Part shown: in pieces, positions 9,490 to 19,523 of the stretch | Numbering within the stretch: position 1 is the stretch's first letter | How the letters are laid out: each line of letters opens with the position of its first letter | DNA from: Candidatus Omnitrophota bacterium | Lineage (GTDB): Bacteria; Omnitrophota; Gorgyraeia; Duberdicusellales; 4484-171 | Direction: 5' to 3' | Assembly: GCA_037146775.1 (NCBI GenBank) | Contig: JBAWWL010000009.1 | Coordinates: forward strand, 68,575 to 132,574 | DNA: 64,000 nucleotides | Notes under the pieces: generated by a model | What the model saw: the letters and a program-made list of their open reading frames with translations, nothing else | Told to the model about the DNA's origin: nothing | Databases searched by the model: none | Translations under genes and position numbers: made by a program

Positions 9490-9610
9490 AGACGATACGA
9501 GCTTCGCCCGCTTCGCCGAGCGAATCGAGGCGAGTCACCGTCTGACGACCCCCGTCTTACTACATACTCACGACTATGTACTATGTACGACATGCTATGC
9601 ACTATAAATC
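9490..9610. repeat. Composite dispersed repeat: a GC-rich hairpin (CGCCCGCTTCGCCGAGCGAATCGAGGCGAGT) then ACCGT... then a TACTACATACTCACGACTATGTACTATGTAC module. Other copies are at 11480..11590 and 33087..33195 (the latter lacks the GC part), with partial copies at 4657..4700 and 54895..54960.
   Basis: Direct sequence comparison. All copies have the same orientation and lie 5' of minus-strand genes. Confidence 0.75.
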
Positions 9611-9901
9611 CAACAGTTTCCTGGCTTCACGCTTGCCGATTACTTTTTTTAAGTCTTCAAAATCTATAAAAGTTAAGTGCGGCAGCTCTTCTTTTAATTT
9701 ACGAATATAACCACCCTCGACATGCCTCCTGAATCCCATATATTTGAATTGAACTGAACAATTCGGGCAGGTCACACTCTTTGAATCTATACCGATTTTA
9801 TGGCAGGAAAAACATTCTGCGGAAAGCTCACCCACTACGATCAAGTGTTTTTCTATGTCCTGGATATCCAATCCTTGCCACACTCTCAAAAAGCCAAGCA
9901 T
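9602..9901 (-). CDS. Hypothetical zinc-ribbon protein (CxxC...CxxC)
   Basis: 99-aa ORF with ECFSCHK and CPNCS cysteine pairs. No family assignment. Confidence 0.4.
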   Translation of the reverse strand: MLGFLRVWQGLDIQDIEKHLIVVGELSAECFSCHKIGIDSKSVTCPNCSVQFKYMGFRRHVEGGYIRKLKEELPHLTFIDFEDLKKVIGKREARKLLDL

Positions 9902-9903
9902 CG

Positions 9904-10608
9904 CTATTTTCTAGAGCGCTTCTTATAAAAGTCCTCTACTACCTTTAGGGCCTGAACAGGAGTATCCACAATGGTAAATAAATCGAGGTTCACTCTCAAT
10001 AAGGTTCCCTCGTCAACTATCTGTTTTAGCCAGGAAACTAAACCTTCCCAATAGCTTGAGCCGATTAATATTACGGGGATAGAATCAATACGATTAGTTT
10101 CGACCAAAGCCAGAGCCTCGAAAAGTTCATCCAGCGTGCCGAACCCTCCGGGAAAAACTACGAAAGCACAGGAATATTTGGTGAAAATAACCTTGCGTAT
10201 AAAGAAATAGCGAAATTCTAAAAGATAATTTACGTATGGATTTGGCTTCTGCTGCTCGGGAATCAAAATATTCATTCCTATAGAAAGGCCTCCAGCCTCA
10301 TACGCCCCCTTGTTGGCTGCTTCCATAATACCAGGGCCGGCGCCAGTAATAATACCATAGCCTTTCTTAGAAAACATAGAAGCGCAGGTATAGGCAAGTT
10401 TGTAATACTTCTGGCCGGGAGCGAGGCGTTTTGAACCAAAAAACGAAACGCCTTTTTTAAGGCCGGCCAAAGCCTCAAAAGCGTCGACAAACTCGCTCAT
10501 AATCCGAAATACCCGCCAAGGATCGGACTTCACGAAATCACCGTCATCGATGGGACGTAAACCGTTTATTTTGGAAAATATTTTCTTGTTCATTTTTTGT
10601 TTTTTCAT
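9904..10608 (-). CDS. LOG family / TIGR00730 Rossmann-fold protein (cytokinin riboside 5'-monophosphate phosphoribohydrolase-like)
   Basis: Motifs GGGPGIMEAANKGA and PGGFGTLDELFE are diagnostic of the LOG family. Confidence 0.8.
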   Translation of the reverse strand: MKKQKMNKKIFSKINGLRPIDDGDFVKSDPWRVFRIMSEFVDAFEALAGLKKGVSFFGSKRLAPGQKYYKLAYTCASMFSKKGYGIITGAGPGIMEAANKGAYEAGGLSIGMNILIPEQQKPNPYVNYLLEFRYFFIRKVIFTKYSCAFVVFPGGFGTLDELFEALALVETNRIDSIPVILIGSSYWEGLVSWLKQIVDEGTLLRVNLDLFTIVDTPVQALKVVEDFYKKRSRK

Positions 10609-10934
10609 ACCACAAACCTATCCGACACATTGCTGATAAAAGGTATACGGGCCATTTTCCCGGTTAAGGAATAATAAATGCCGTAAAGGGAAAGAAAAAG
10701 AAAAACGATTAAACCGGCGATATAAAATATTTTTCCTACCCAGGGAATCAAAGAAAGCACACCAAAGGCGAATTCCCCCACAAAAAGCGCGATGCCTTGC
10801 CGGGCGTGAAAATGGGAAAAACGGTTATCTTTCTTCCAAATAAAAGTTAAAATCCAGAGAAAAAATACGTAAGATAAAGCGGCAAACGGCGCACCGTCCT
10901 TTATTTCATCCTCTGTTAAAATTAAATCATCCAT
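10605..10934 (-). CDS. Small membrane protein (DUF4870-like)
   Basis: 109 aa with two or three TM helices and the HFHARQG motif. Its stop overlaps the LOG gene start. Confidence 0.5.
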   Translation of the reverse strand: MDDLILTEDEIKDGAPFAALSYVFFLWILTFIWKKDNRFSHFHARQGIALFVGEFAFGVLSLIPWVGKIFYIAGLIVFLFLSLYGIYYSLTGKMARIPFISNVSDRFVV

Positions 10935-11589
10935 AGCTAACCAAACTCTAAACCGGTATCGTCGCTAGTATAGCGTATGTCGTATATAGTAAATAAATTC
11001 AAATACCAAAGCACAAATGACAAGTAAACTCAAAACTCAAAGCGTAAATCTCAAAACAGTTTTGCGTTTTAAGTTTTTACTTTTGAGTTTTATTCAATTT
11101 GTCATTTGGATTTTGACATTTGTCATTCCCTTCTCTACGTTTTGTCATTTGAAATTACACATATTATACTTTTTTTCTGCGGAAAAGTAAACGATTGTTT
11201 ATTTATGTTAATAGGTTAATAGGTTGATAGGCAATATGGAGAAAGTATGTCGTATGTAGTACGGAGTATATCGTTAAGAAAGCGGTGGGACGGGAGAAAA
11301 ATTAAAGAATTAACGAATTAAAATATTAACGCATTATTATATATTGTAAACGTAAAGCTAAAAACTTAAAATGTAAAATTGTTTACGCATCGTATATAGT
11401 ATGTCGTATATAGTGAAAACGTCTTACGGTTGCGCAACTCGTCACGGTTTACGTCTTACTTATCAAGACGAATAACGTCCGACGTCCAACGAAACGAGCA
11501 TCGCCCGCTTCGCTGAAGCTTTAGCGAGGCGAGTAACCGTTACCTCTATTCGATTTTCACTACATACTATGTACTATACGTCCATAGTG

Positions 11590-11634
11590 GGTAGAAAATA
11601 AGAAGCCCTGTTACGATTACTCGTAACAGGGCTT
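11590..11634 (-). terminator. Rho-independent terminator downstream of the OMP gene
   Basis: A perfect 13-bp stem (AAGCCCTGTTACG / CGTAACAGGGCTT) with a 6-nt loop, followed on the minus strand by CTTATTTTCT. Confidence 0.7.
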
Positions 11635-11658
11635 TGAAATTAACTACGATTTAACTAC

Positions 11659-13149
11659 TTAGAAGTTTAAGTTGATTCCGGCTCTTGCTGAATAGGCTAC
11701 TCCGTCGTTGTTCTCATTGAAATAATCGCCAGGAATAAACCATGCGCCGGTTAATTTAAGCTGTACATCTTCGGTGTAATCATAGGTCGCATAGGCATCA
11801 ACTTCGCTCGCAACATAATCTTCATCAAGCTTAACAGAATATAAATTTGATCTTGCAGGGCCGCTTACCGGCTTGAACCAACCATAAGCGCCAGAATCTT
11901 GGGCTTCGGTATCCTTCTGGGCTTGTGCTAACCAAGTGTAATTTAAGCCTACGGTAATATCTTCTCTGGGCATCAATGAACCACTGACAGTAATTACATG
12001 ACAGTTGGTGTTAGCAAAAAGCACATTGATGATTTCGCCCTGGGTCTGGTCTTCAAATAATGTCTGCCATTCATTGTAAGTACTCTCGCCAGCATAATGG
12101 CTAGAACTATTACCGCTGTTTGCATCATCATCGCCAGACTTGAAGGTGTAAATAAAACCCATTTTCGGGTTGTATTTGGTCATAAATCTGTACTCACCAT
12201 ACACCTGAGCTGCGCCTGCACTTAAGTGTCTGTATTCGTTGATTCCGGTAGCATCTAAATCACCGAGACTGCCGCCTGCGGGCAAAACTACATCGCCAAA
12301 CTGATAACCAGCTTCGCCGCCTAAGGTCAATTTTTCAATTGGGTTAAACTGCATTCTGCCACCTAAGGTGTATACCACTGACTGATTTTCTTTGGGCTGG
12401 AATAGATCATCGCCATTTGCAGAGCGCGCAATATTGTGCGGATTGGTCACTGCCCAGAAATAACCTTCAGTAATACCATCCAAAGAACCCCACTGATAAG
12501 CAGCGTTCATACCAAACATGTTAACATCGTCATACTTAAAACTATCACCTTCAACCGGCTTGGCAGCAACCAAATCAACAGTAAAAGGTGAGAAATCAAA
12601 TACTGCTCGCGCAGCATCAAATGATTTTCTTAGCGACATATCACCCATTACTCGGTTGTTGTAAGTAGTTCCACCCTGAGTTACTTGTTCGCTAGGTGTT
12701 GCTTCAGAAGAAGTCTGATTGGTATCAGGATCGCCGACAATAAACGCATTGCCGTAACGTAAGTTCTGACGGCCAACGGTGATAGTCAACGGCTGATACA
12801 AGAATTCCTTCATATGAATATATGCCAAATCTAAATCGATGTCAGTATCGGAATTGCTTTCTGCGCCCCATAATCTTTCATTGATCAAACGTACGGTGCC
12901 GGAAACATTTTCCGTCAAATCAGCGTCAAAGCGAAGCCTGACTTGCGAAGTAAAATATTCCTGGGCATCCATGAGATTTTCCATACTTGATCCACCATCT
13001 GAAGTCTTTTTCGCTTCCATGCTCAAGTTTCTGGCTACGCCTTGCATGGCGATATCTCCGCTCACCTTAATATTCTGTACGGCAGCGAAGGCAGCACCTG
13101 AAAGTGCGACAGCCATAACTGCTGTCAAAATAATCAATTTTCTACTCAT
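11659..13149 (-). CDS. Outer-membrane beta-barrel protein (porin-like)
   Basis: 496 aa with a signal peptide (MSRKLIILTAVMAVALSGAAFA). Alternating amphipathic beta-strand pattern and a C-terminal ...INLNF aromatic terminus typical of OMPs. Confidence 0.6.
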   Translation of the reverse strand: MSRKLIILTAVMAVALSGAAFAAVQNIKVSGDIAMQGVARNLSMEAKKTSDGGSSMENLMDAQEYFTSQVRLRFDADLTENVSGTVRLINERLWGAESNSDTDIDLDLAYIHMKEFLYQPLTITVGRQNLRYGNAFIVGDPDTNQTSSEATPSEQVTQGGTTYNNRVMGDMSLRKSFDAARAVFDFSPFTVDLVAAKPVEGDSFKYDDVNMFGMNAAYQWGSLDGITEGYFWAVTNPHNIARSANGDDLFQPKENQSVVYTLGGRMQFNPIEKLTLGGEAGYQFGDVVLPAGGSLGDLDATGINEYRHLSAGAAQVYGEYRFMTKYNPKMGFIYTFKSGDDDANSGNSSSHYAGESTYNEWQTLFEDQTQGEIINVLFANTNCHVITVSGSLMPREDITVGLNYTWLAQAQKDTEAQDSGAYGWFKPVSGPARSNLYSVKLDEDYVASEVDAYATYDYTEDVQLKLTGAWFIPGDYFNENNDGVAYSARAGINLNF

Positions 13150-13475
13150 TACTGTCCTCCTTTCAATCCTTAATTACTACAAACAAAATACGCCTATTTA
13201 TGTCCACAAGGTTTTAATCCTTGCAATTACCAATCTATAAGTTATATCATCCACGTTTTTGACAATCTTGGCTTTCTTTTTAATTCCTCACCTCCCCCTT
13301 GGCCAGATTAAGATCGTCTGTGAATGGTATAACCGAGTATTTCTTCATTGAGAAAGAGCTACTTATCTTTTAACAAAAATTCACTCTCTTGTCAAGAATT
13401 TTATGAAAAAAAATGCCAAATTTACATATATATGGGGTTTATTCATCTCTTCTCCACAACATGTAGGCTTTTCGG

Positions 13476-16400
13476 CTAAATAAGATAGACGTCAATACGC
13501 TCGATTTGGCGGTTACGCACAGCAATAGCTAAACTCGAGCTAACAGTATCGCCTTCTACAATATGATTCTTGCCGTCTTGAACAAGCACCACCCTGGACA
13601 CCTTACAACCATCCTTAAAGGTGTCTTTACGCTTAGGATTATGATAGACCACCAGGGTTGAAGAAAATAAATTAAAAGCGAAACAATTCTTATCAAGGGT
13701 TACCACTTTTTCCTTAAAGGTTATGGTTCTATCTTGGGTAGTAAAAAAATCCGCTTTCAGAGTAGGTGAAAATTTAATGTTAAGACTGTTGTCTTTCGCG
13801 ATAAAGAATGGCTCCTTGCCTAAACAGAGCAGCATCCAAATATTGAGGATCTCTACAGTTGCTCCGCTTAAGCGGGCAACAAAACCCTTACCCCATAAAC
13901 TCTTGTCAAGGTAAGCGCTACTGACAATGAAAGAAGAACTCTCCAAAGTATTTCTTCCGTACGTTTCAGGATCAAAGAAGCACACACAACAATTATGAAA
14001 ATCTTTGAAGAATTCTTCGTGGAGTCCGGTTTTAAGCATTTCCAGAAGATACTTATATTCCATATGCAGCCAAATCGACTCATTCTCAAGCCACCCTGGC
14101 ATAAAGATACGGCTCCTGCCTATCTCAAGCGGCTGGCTAGCCAAAGAAGCGTTCAAGCGGTACATCTTCAATTGCTCGTCAAAAAGCTCAGAAGTACGCA
14201 CGGCATGATACGTGCTGCGCTTTTTTTCTACACGCAAACAATGCACCGGGCCTTCTAAAAAATAAGGTAGCGGCGATTTCGTAAATTCTAAAGGCATCAG
14301 CTCCTTTTTCGTAAGATGATACTTCTTTACCTTATAAGTAAAATAGGCGTGGCAAAGGCCGTCACTACTATCTTTGGCTTTCTCGATACCAATAGTTAGT
14401 TTCGCCAACACATCCGCTAAAAAAGATTCAAGTTCCGCTAACTTTAATTCAGTGGTCACGCCGCTTATAGTAAAAAAAGTGCTGCGACGAAATTGCTCTT
14501 TTACGGTATTGGCTTTATCCCACCAGATAATGTCGCGGCTATTCTTTTCACTTATAAGATAATTTTTTAATAAAATCCGCAGGCGTTTAAAAAATAAAGC
14601 GTTCTCCTGAGCACAGGTCATCTTCTTCACGCCCTCTGCTTTTAAATGTGTGATTGCCTCCTGAAGCATAATACAGGCTCTTTTAAGCTCTAAGGTCTCG
14701 CACAAAGAAGAACCAAAAAGCGCAGGCAAACCGTTAAGCGAATCGCACCAGCCGGGCTTATCCGCCTCCATCTCAATGCCAATACCTTCGGGGTCAAGGG
14801 TAGCCAGTTTATTTAAAATTAAACTAAAAATTTTCTCCAAAAGTGTAGTTTTGTAAATCCTTCCTTTTTTATCGCGTAAAAAATTTCCGTTGCTGAGCCG
14901 TTTTTCTACTATCTCTTTCTTTTCAGCTACCTCCTCCACGCTATGCCACTGATAAACCGTATCGTCTTTTAAATGATACCGCCGTCTTCTTTCTTTTACC
15001 CGGTATTCGTCATCCCAAAAATAATATTCGCGGCTTTGATAAAGTTCGCGCAATTTGTCCGGATAGAAATAAAGATAATTTTCGATTAAATCCAAATTAT
15101 AACGCCAGTGGTCTATCCAGTAACCTTCGCCATGAGAAGCAAAAGGCTGACGGCTAGCCTCCTCTACTAGGCGTTTTACAAAAACTTCCTTGTCTTTAAC
15201 TTCCAGGCCTTCCTCCTTAAGCACTTTAAAACACTCTCCCAAGTGAAATCCGCTGGTCAAAAGATGTAGAAGCTTTTTATTGTTAATACGGAATTCCTTC
15301 AAGATTTTACCTGCAGTCTTGGATTTAAGAAACAATCTTTCGCCTTTAACCACCAAAGGATTATAGCCGTCAATTTTTATCAAATTAAGAAAATACACAA
15401 TGTTAGTTTTACCGATACGCGGATTAAAGAATAAATCTATCCTGCGGTTTTGGTTGATATCGCGGTAATTTGCCTCTCCTTCGCTAAAATAAGAAGGCGA
15501 TAGCTTAAATTTATTGTAGTCCCTCTCAAGGTCGCCATGCTTACGGGAAAAGATGTAGTAGATATGTTTGTCATCAAAGGTGTAGGGGTAGCCTCCACGA
15601 AGAACGTTATCCATATAAGAATTCTGCACGTATTCGTCAAACTCTTTATACCCGGAAACAACCAAAGCGTGATTTTTAAGTTTTGTAATTAAGCGCTCGT
15701 TCTCTTTTTCTTTATCTTGAATAAATTGGGCATCGATACCGGCAACAAAATCTTTAATCAGCTGTGACTTAAACGACGAGCCGAAAATACTGTAAAAGTC
15801 ACGGGTCTCGCCGGCAGATAACTTCCAGGAGAAATGGCTGAAAGCACACGGAGTTTTTCCGCAATCAATCTGGCTAAGAGGCACTTTAAAACCTTCTTCA
15901 TAAAAACGTACGGGAAAAGAAAATGAAGTGTCCTGGCCAAAGAGTGCGCTGGGGTCAACAATAAGATAAGGAGCAACTGTCTTACCTGCTTCGGGATAAA
16001 AGGCGTAATTAAAGTTAGCGCCATCAACATAACGAGTCTGGCTTGAATCTTTAGGGTCGACAATCAGACGAAAGGTGGCAAGTTTACCTTCCGCCTTAGA
16101 ATGCATCCACGCTTCAAGCGTACGCGCCAAGTCTTTAAGTAAAACGTGCGATAGACCAAACGGCACTATACGCGGGATGCCGTCAAGCACTTCAAGATCA
16201 ATATCTTTATCGGAAATATTTTTTATCGAAAGAATTCTCACGAGGCTGCCCACTGGTGTGGTAGGAAGCGTAAAATAACGCACACGAAAACTTAAACCAA
16301 GCTTATAATTTGTTTTTCTAATCTCGAAAGAATGGCTGCGAATTACCATTTCCTCTTCCCGCTCATAATCGGAAATGACCCTGAACGGTTCATAGGTTGT

Positions 16401-16667
16401 TTCGTGATTAATTTTTAAGAAGGTACGAAAACCCAGCAAAGGAGCTAAAGAATACGCTTTGTTAGCGGGAAAAAATTCAGCGATAGAATGATCCTTGTCT
16501 TTACTTCCAAAACTGATAATGCCTTGAGCGCGGTTTACGTAGAAAACCCACATTGGCACACCCCAGGCTCCGGAGACACCCGGAAGAAAGTTCGAGAAAG
16601 GATGTTTGCTGTTATAATTTTTTATAATAAAACTGCCGTCTTCCTGAAGCATATAGTCTTTATCCAT
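13476..16667 (-). CDS. Large (1063 aa) uncharacterised cytoplasmic protein. It may be a glycoside hydrolase/phosphorylase-like (COG3459/GH94-type) enzyme, but this is not confirmed.
   Basis: Long ORF with no signal peptide. Only a weak resemblance to six-hairpin glycosidase/phosphorylase-type proteins, so it is left unassigned. Confidence 0.4.
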   Translation of the reverse strand: MDKDYMLQEDGSFIIKNYNSKHPFSNFLPGVSGAWGVPMWVFYVNRAQGIISFGSKDKDHSIAEFFPANKAYSLAPLLGFRTFLKINHETTYEPFRVISDYEREEEMVIRSHSFEIRKTNYKLGLSFRVRYFTLPTTPVGSLVRILSIKNISDKDIDLEVLDGIPRIVPFGLSHVLLKDLARTLEAWMHSKAEGKLATFRLIVDPKDSSQTRYVDGANFNYAFYPEAGKTVAPYLIVDPSALFGQDTSFSFPVRFYEEGFKVPLSQIDCGKTPCAFSHFSWKLSAGETRDFYSIFGSSFKSQLIKDFVAGIDAQFIQDKEKENERLITKLKNHALVVSGYKEFDEYVQNSYMDNVLRGGYPYTFDDKHIYYIFSRKHGDLERDYNKFKLSPSYFSEGEANYRDINQNRRIDLFFNPRIGKTNIVYFLNLIKIDGYNPLVVKGERLFLKSKTAGKILKEFRINNKKLLHLLTSGFHLGECFKVLKEEGLEVKDKEVFVKRLVEEASRQPFASHGEGYWIDHWRYNLDLIENYLYFYPDKLRELYQSREYYFWDDEYRVKERRRRYHLKDDTVYQWHSVEEVAEKKEIVEKRLSNGNFLRDKKGRIYKTTLLEKIFSLILNKLATLDPEGIGIEMEADKPGWCDSLNGLPALFGSSLCETLELKRACIMLQEAITHLKAEGVKKMTCAQENALFFKRLRILLKNYLISEKNSRDIIWWDKANTVKEQFRRSTFFTISGVTTELKLAELESFLADVLAKLTIGIEKAKDSSDGLCHAYFTYKVKKYHLTKKELMPLEFTKSPLPYFLEGPVHCLRVEKKRSTYHAVRTSELFDEQLKMYRLNASLASQPLEIGRSRIFMPGWLENESIWLHMEYKYLLEMLKTGLHEEFFKDFHNCCVCFFDPETYGRNTLESSSFIVSSAYLDKSLWGKGFVARLSGATVEILNIWMLLCLGKEPFFIAKDNSLNIKFSPTLKADFFTTQDRTITFKEKVVTLDKNCFAFNLFSSTLVVYHNPKRKDTFKDGCKVSRVVLVQDGKNHIVEGDTVSSSLAIAVRNRQIERIDVYLI

Positions 16668-16691
16668 ATTTCCTCCTGTAGAATTTTATAA

Positions 16692-16853
16692 ATCAGAAGT
16701 CAGAGATCAGAGGTCAGAGATCAGAAATCAGAGGTCAGAGGTCAGAAGTCAGAGATCAGAGGTCAGAAGTTAGAGGTCAGACACCCTCTGTCTTCTGTCT
16801 TCTGTCGTCTGTCGTCTGTTCTCTGTCTTCTGTCATCTGTCTTCTGTCATCTG
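16692..16853. repeat. Heptanucleotide tandem array as an inverted pair: about 13 CAGAGGT-type units, then the spacer ACACCC, then about 10 TCTGTCT-type units
   Basis: This fills the whole intergenic region between 16667 and 16858. The left half is purine-rich and the right half pyrimidine-rich, at about 70% complementarity, giving an imperfect long hairpin or cruciform. Confidence 0.85.
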
Positions 16854-16857
16854 TTTA

Positions 16858-17499
16858 TCATTCATACAAATCTAATAATTCCTTCAACGAAGAGATTACT
16901 TTTTTATCTTTATATTTCTTTACCGCAGACAGAGAACTCGAGCCGCCCCGGATAAATACAGCATCCACACCGGCGCGACAAGCAGTTTCTAAATCAATGT
17001 CCATATCTCCCACGAAAACAGCGTCTTCTTTCTTAAGTTTAAATCTTCTTAGTATTGTTTTCAATATCTTAGGGTGCGGTTTATTGCTGTGAATGTCGTC
17101 AGCACAAAGAACCATATCGAAATATTTATCGATACTGCGTGCTTTTAAAATTACTTCGGTAAACGCGTGTGGCCGGTTAGAAGCTATGGCCAGAATTTTC
17201 TTTTTTCTCTTTAAAGCAGAAAGTACGCCTTTGACGGAAGGCGCAAGGCGCGAATACTGTACAAGCGCTTGATGATGATGCGCGCGATAAATAACTAAGG
17301 CAGCTTTGAAGTTTTTTTTCGCAAAGAAAGTTTCCATAAAGGCTCTATCGCCCCGGCCAACTTTCTTTTTAGCTTCCAAATAACTTATCGCGCTTAATCC
17401 TAACTGCCTACGCGTAAAGTTCAAGCTTTTCTCTATCGCCCGATAAGCGTCGGCTAATGTCCCGTCTAAATCAAAGATGAAAATCTTTTTTGTTTCCAC
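16858..17499 (-). CDS. HAD-superfamily hydrolase (phosphoglycolate phosphatase-like)
   Basis: Motif I is FIFDLDGTLAD. Motif IV is VFVGDMDIDLETA. Confidence 0.75.
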   Translation of the reverse strand: METKKIFIFDLDGTLADAYRAIEKSLNFTRRQLGLSAISYLEAKKKVGRGDRAFMETFFAKKNFKAALVIYRAHHHQALVQYSRLAPSVKGVLSALKRKKKILAIASNRPHAFTEVILKARSIDKYFDMVLCADDIHSNKPHPKILKTILRRFKLKKEDAVFVGDMDIDLETACRAGVDAVFIRGGSSSLSAVKKYKDKKVISSLKELLDLYE

Positions 17500-17527
17500 C
17501 GCAATACAAAAGTATTATGAAATCTTA

Positions 17528-18064
17528 TCAGGATTGTATTCGACTACAAATACCGGCCGCAACCAGCGCTTTCAGGGTATCACCTACCACGAAAGGTAAA
17601 ACGCCGGCCGAGAAAGCCGTCTGAGGAGAAAAATGATGCAGCCACACCAACCACATTGCGCCAATAGAAAAATAAACGACGCCGGCTAAAAGAAAAAAAA
17701 CAAAATTGCTTACCCACGATTTATTCGCTCTCAAGAAATGCGGAAAAATAAGAGCGACGATAAAAAAGCCGATAAGATAACCACCCGTAGGGCCCAGAAG
17801 ATACGCTAAGCCTCCTCCGGCATTGGTGAAGATAGGCAACCCCGCCACTCCACATAGAATATACAACACTTGAGAGAAAACCGATTTATTTTTTAGAAAG
17901 ATAATACTTAAAAAAAGCACCAAAGTTTGCAGCGTAAGCGGAACCGGTGTAAAAAAAAGAGGGATTCGTACGTAAGCGGATGCTGCCATCAAAAAAGTAA
18001 ACATAAAAATGAGACCAATGTCTATCACCAACGACTGTTTTTGACTATATACACATACGCGCAT
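17528..18064 (-). CDS. bioY: Biotin transporter BioY family
   Basis: Multi-TM protein with a BioY-type segment (PVPLTLQTLVLFLS...GPTGGYLIGF). Confidence 0.7.
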   Translation of the reverse strand: MRVCVYSQKQSLVIDIGLIFMFTFLMAASAYVRIPLFFTPVPLTLQTLVLFLSIIFLKNKSVFSQVLYILCGVAGLPIFTNAGGGLAYLLGPTGGYLIGFFIVALIFPHFLRANKSWVSNFVFFLLAGVVYFSIGAMWLVWLHHFSPQTAFSAGVLPFVVGDTLKALVAAGICSRIQS

Positions 18065-18218
18065 GTAAACCTCCTTATATACAGAAACTACTGCTATTTT
18101 TATATCGATTAACGATCTCTGCTTCCTTATGCTTCTTATGTGGTATTACGAAAAGCTACCAAAGGAAAGTATTTTAAAGCATATTTTTTAAAAAGGCAAG
18201 GAAATTATCCGATCCCGT

Positions 18219-19127
18219 CTATGCTTTTACGAAAGGTTTTATGCGGAAGAACTGTTTGATCTTGGTTATTTTTATGGCCTTACGCAGTAACGCACCTTTT
18301 TCGAGCATCTGCTTTTCCCCCATCTCTACCAGCTCTTTTGCCCGGTCAAAATCTCCCCAGGGAAAACTTTCCAGGTCCGGAGAAAGAAGAAAATCTATCC
18401 CCATAAGACTATCTTCTATGATATGACGGTAACGTATTCTATCCGCTAAATTCATCACGTCCATGGCATTGCGCACTTGAGGAAAATGGTAGCCGGTACT
18501 TTCTAAGTTAATACCGATCACAAAGTCAACTTTTTCCCTGATCGCTTTACTGGGAACCGGCATAAGCACGCCGCCGTCAATGAGTAGTTTGTCTCCTATC
18601 TGTAGCGGTGGGAACAGGCCCGGATAGGCTGACGAAGCGAGAACGGCCTGATACAAGAGGCCGTCATTCACGCAGACGCTTTCTCCCTTCATAAGGTCTA
18701 CCGCGGTAGCGATAAAAGGAATTTTGCAGTCCGCAAAAGTAGCGTCTTCGAAAAAATGCCTAAATATTTTTAAGAAAGCTTTAAGATCGACCAGCGCGGG
18801 CAAAGCAATACGCAAATTCCAGATATAAAATTCTTTTAAAATACTGAAAGACTTTTCCAGAAATGCCGCTTTTTCTGCAATATTGGTCTGCGAAAAAGTA
18901 TTCTTTAGAATTGCCAGTTCCTTTTGGTGTTTTTGGAGAATAACAAAAATGTTCTCTTCTACGTAGCGGACATCGCCCTTAAGCGCATAGAGGCCTCCAA
19001 TAACCGCACCGATGGAAGTTCCCGAAACAATATGCACGGGTATTTCCATTTTCTCAAGCGCCCTTAAAACCCCAACATGGAAAAACCCTCTCGCTACTCC
19101 TCCGCCCAAAGCAAGGCCAATCTTCAT
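18219..19127 (-). CDS. Patatin-like phospholipase
   Basis: GGGVARG oxyanion motif and catalytic GTSIG. A DGG motif lies downstream. Confidence 0.8.
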   Translation of the reverse strand: MKIGLALGGGVARGFFHVGVLRALEKMEIPVHIVSGTSIGAVIGGLYALKGDVRYVEENIFVILQKHQKELAILKNTFSQTNIAEKAAFLEKSFSILKEFYIWNLRIALPALVDLKAFLKIFRHFFEDATFADCKIPFIATAVDLMKGESVCVNDGLLYQAVLASSAYPGLFPPLQIGDKLLIDGGVLMPVPSKAIREKVDFVIGINLESTGYHFPQVRNAMDVMNLADRIRYRHIIEDSLMGIDFLLSPDLESFPWGDFDRAKELVEMGEKQMLEKGALLRKAIKITKIKQFFRIKPFVKA

Positions 19128-19227
19128 CTATACTACCCCCTCACTCAACATTCCTGTGCATTAATTGACTGGAAACAAAAAAAAGGCAGACCCCTATAAA
19201 GGCCTGCCTCAAAAATTCACCGCTAAA

Positions 19228-19446
19228 CTATTCCTTAGCAACCGCAACAGTAATAATACCTACCAGAATTAAAAATAATCCGACACACCCCTTTACTATC
19301 ATCAGCAAGGGATGAATCCAGCGGATGACCGCAGCCAAGCCCAGGGCGACAAAAAGTAAACCCAAGACTATCTTACTCACCATTTTTACCGCGTCTGAAG
19401 ACTTTTTCCCTTCCGCCACGTTTTGAGTTTTTACCTCTTCTGCCAT
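19228..19446 (-). CDS. Small membrane protein
   Basis: 72 aa with two predicted TM helices and no known family. Confidence 0.35.
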   Translation of the reverse strand: MAEEVKTQNVAEGKKSSDAVKMVSKIVLGLLFVALGLAAVIRWIHPLLMIVKGCVGLFLILVGIITVAVAKE

Positions 19447-19523
19447 ACTACACCTCCTTAAGTATCGTTACCACTATTCTCTAAAATAATATATAATTTT
19501 GAAGCGTTTGTCAATACATCTCT

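Noticed and set aside
16692-16853. Possible CRISPR array (regular short repeats), also at 25746..25913
   Set aside because: The unit is 7 bp with no unique spacers and no cas genes nearby. This is a microsatellite-like heptamer array, not a CRISPR.
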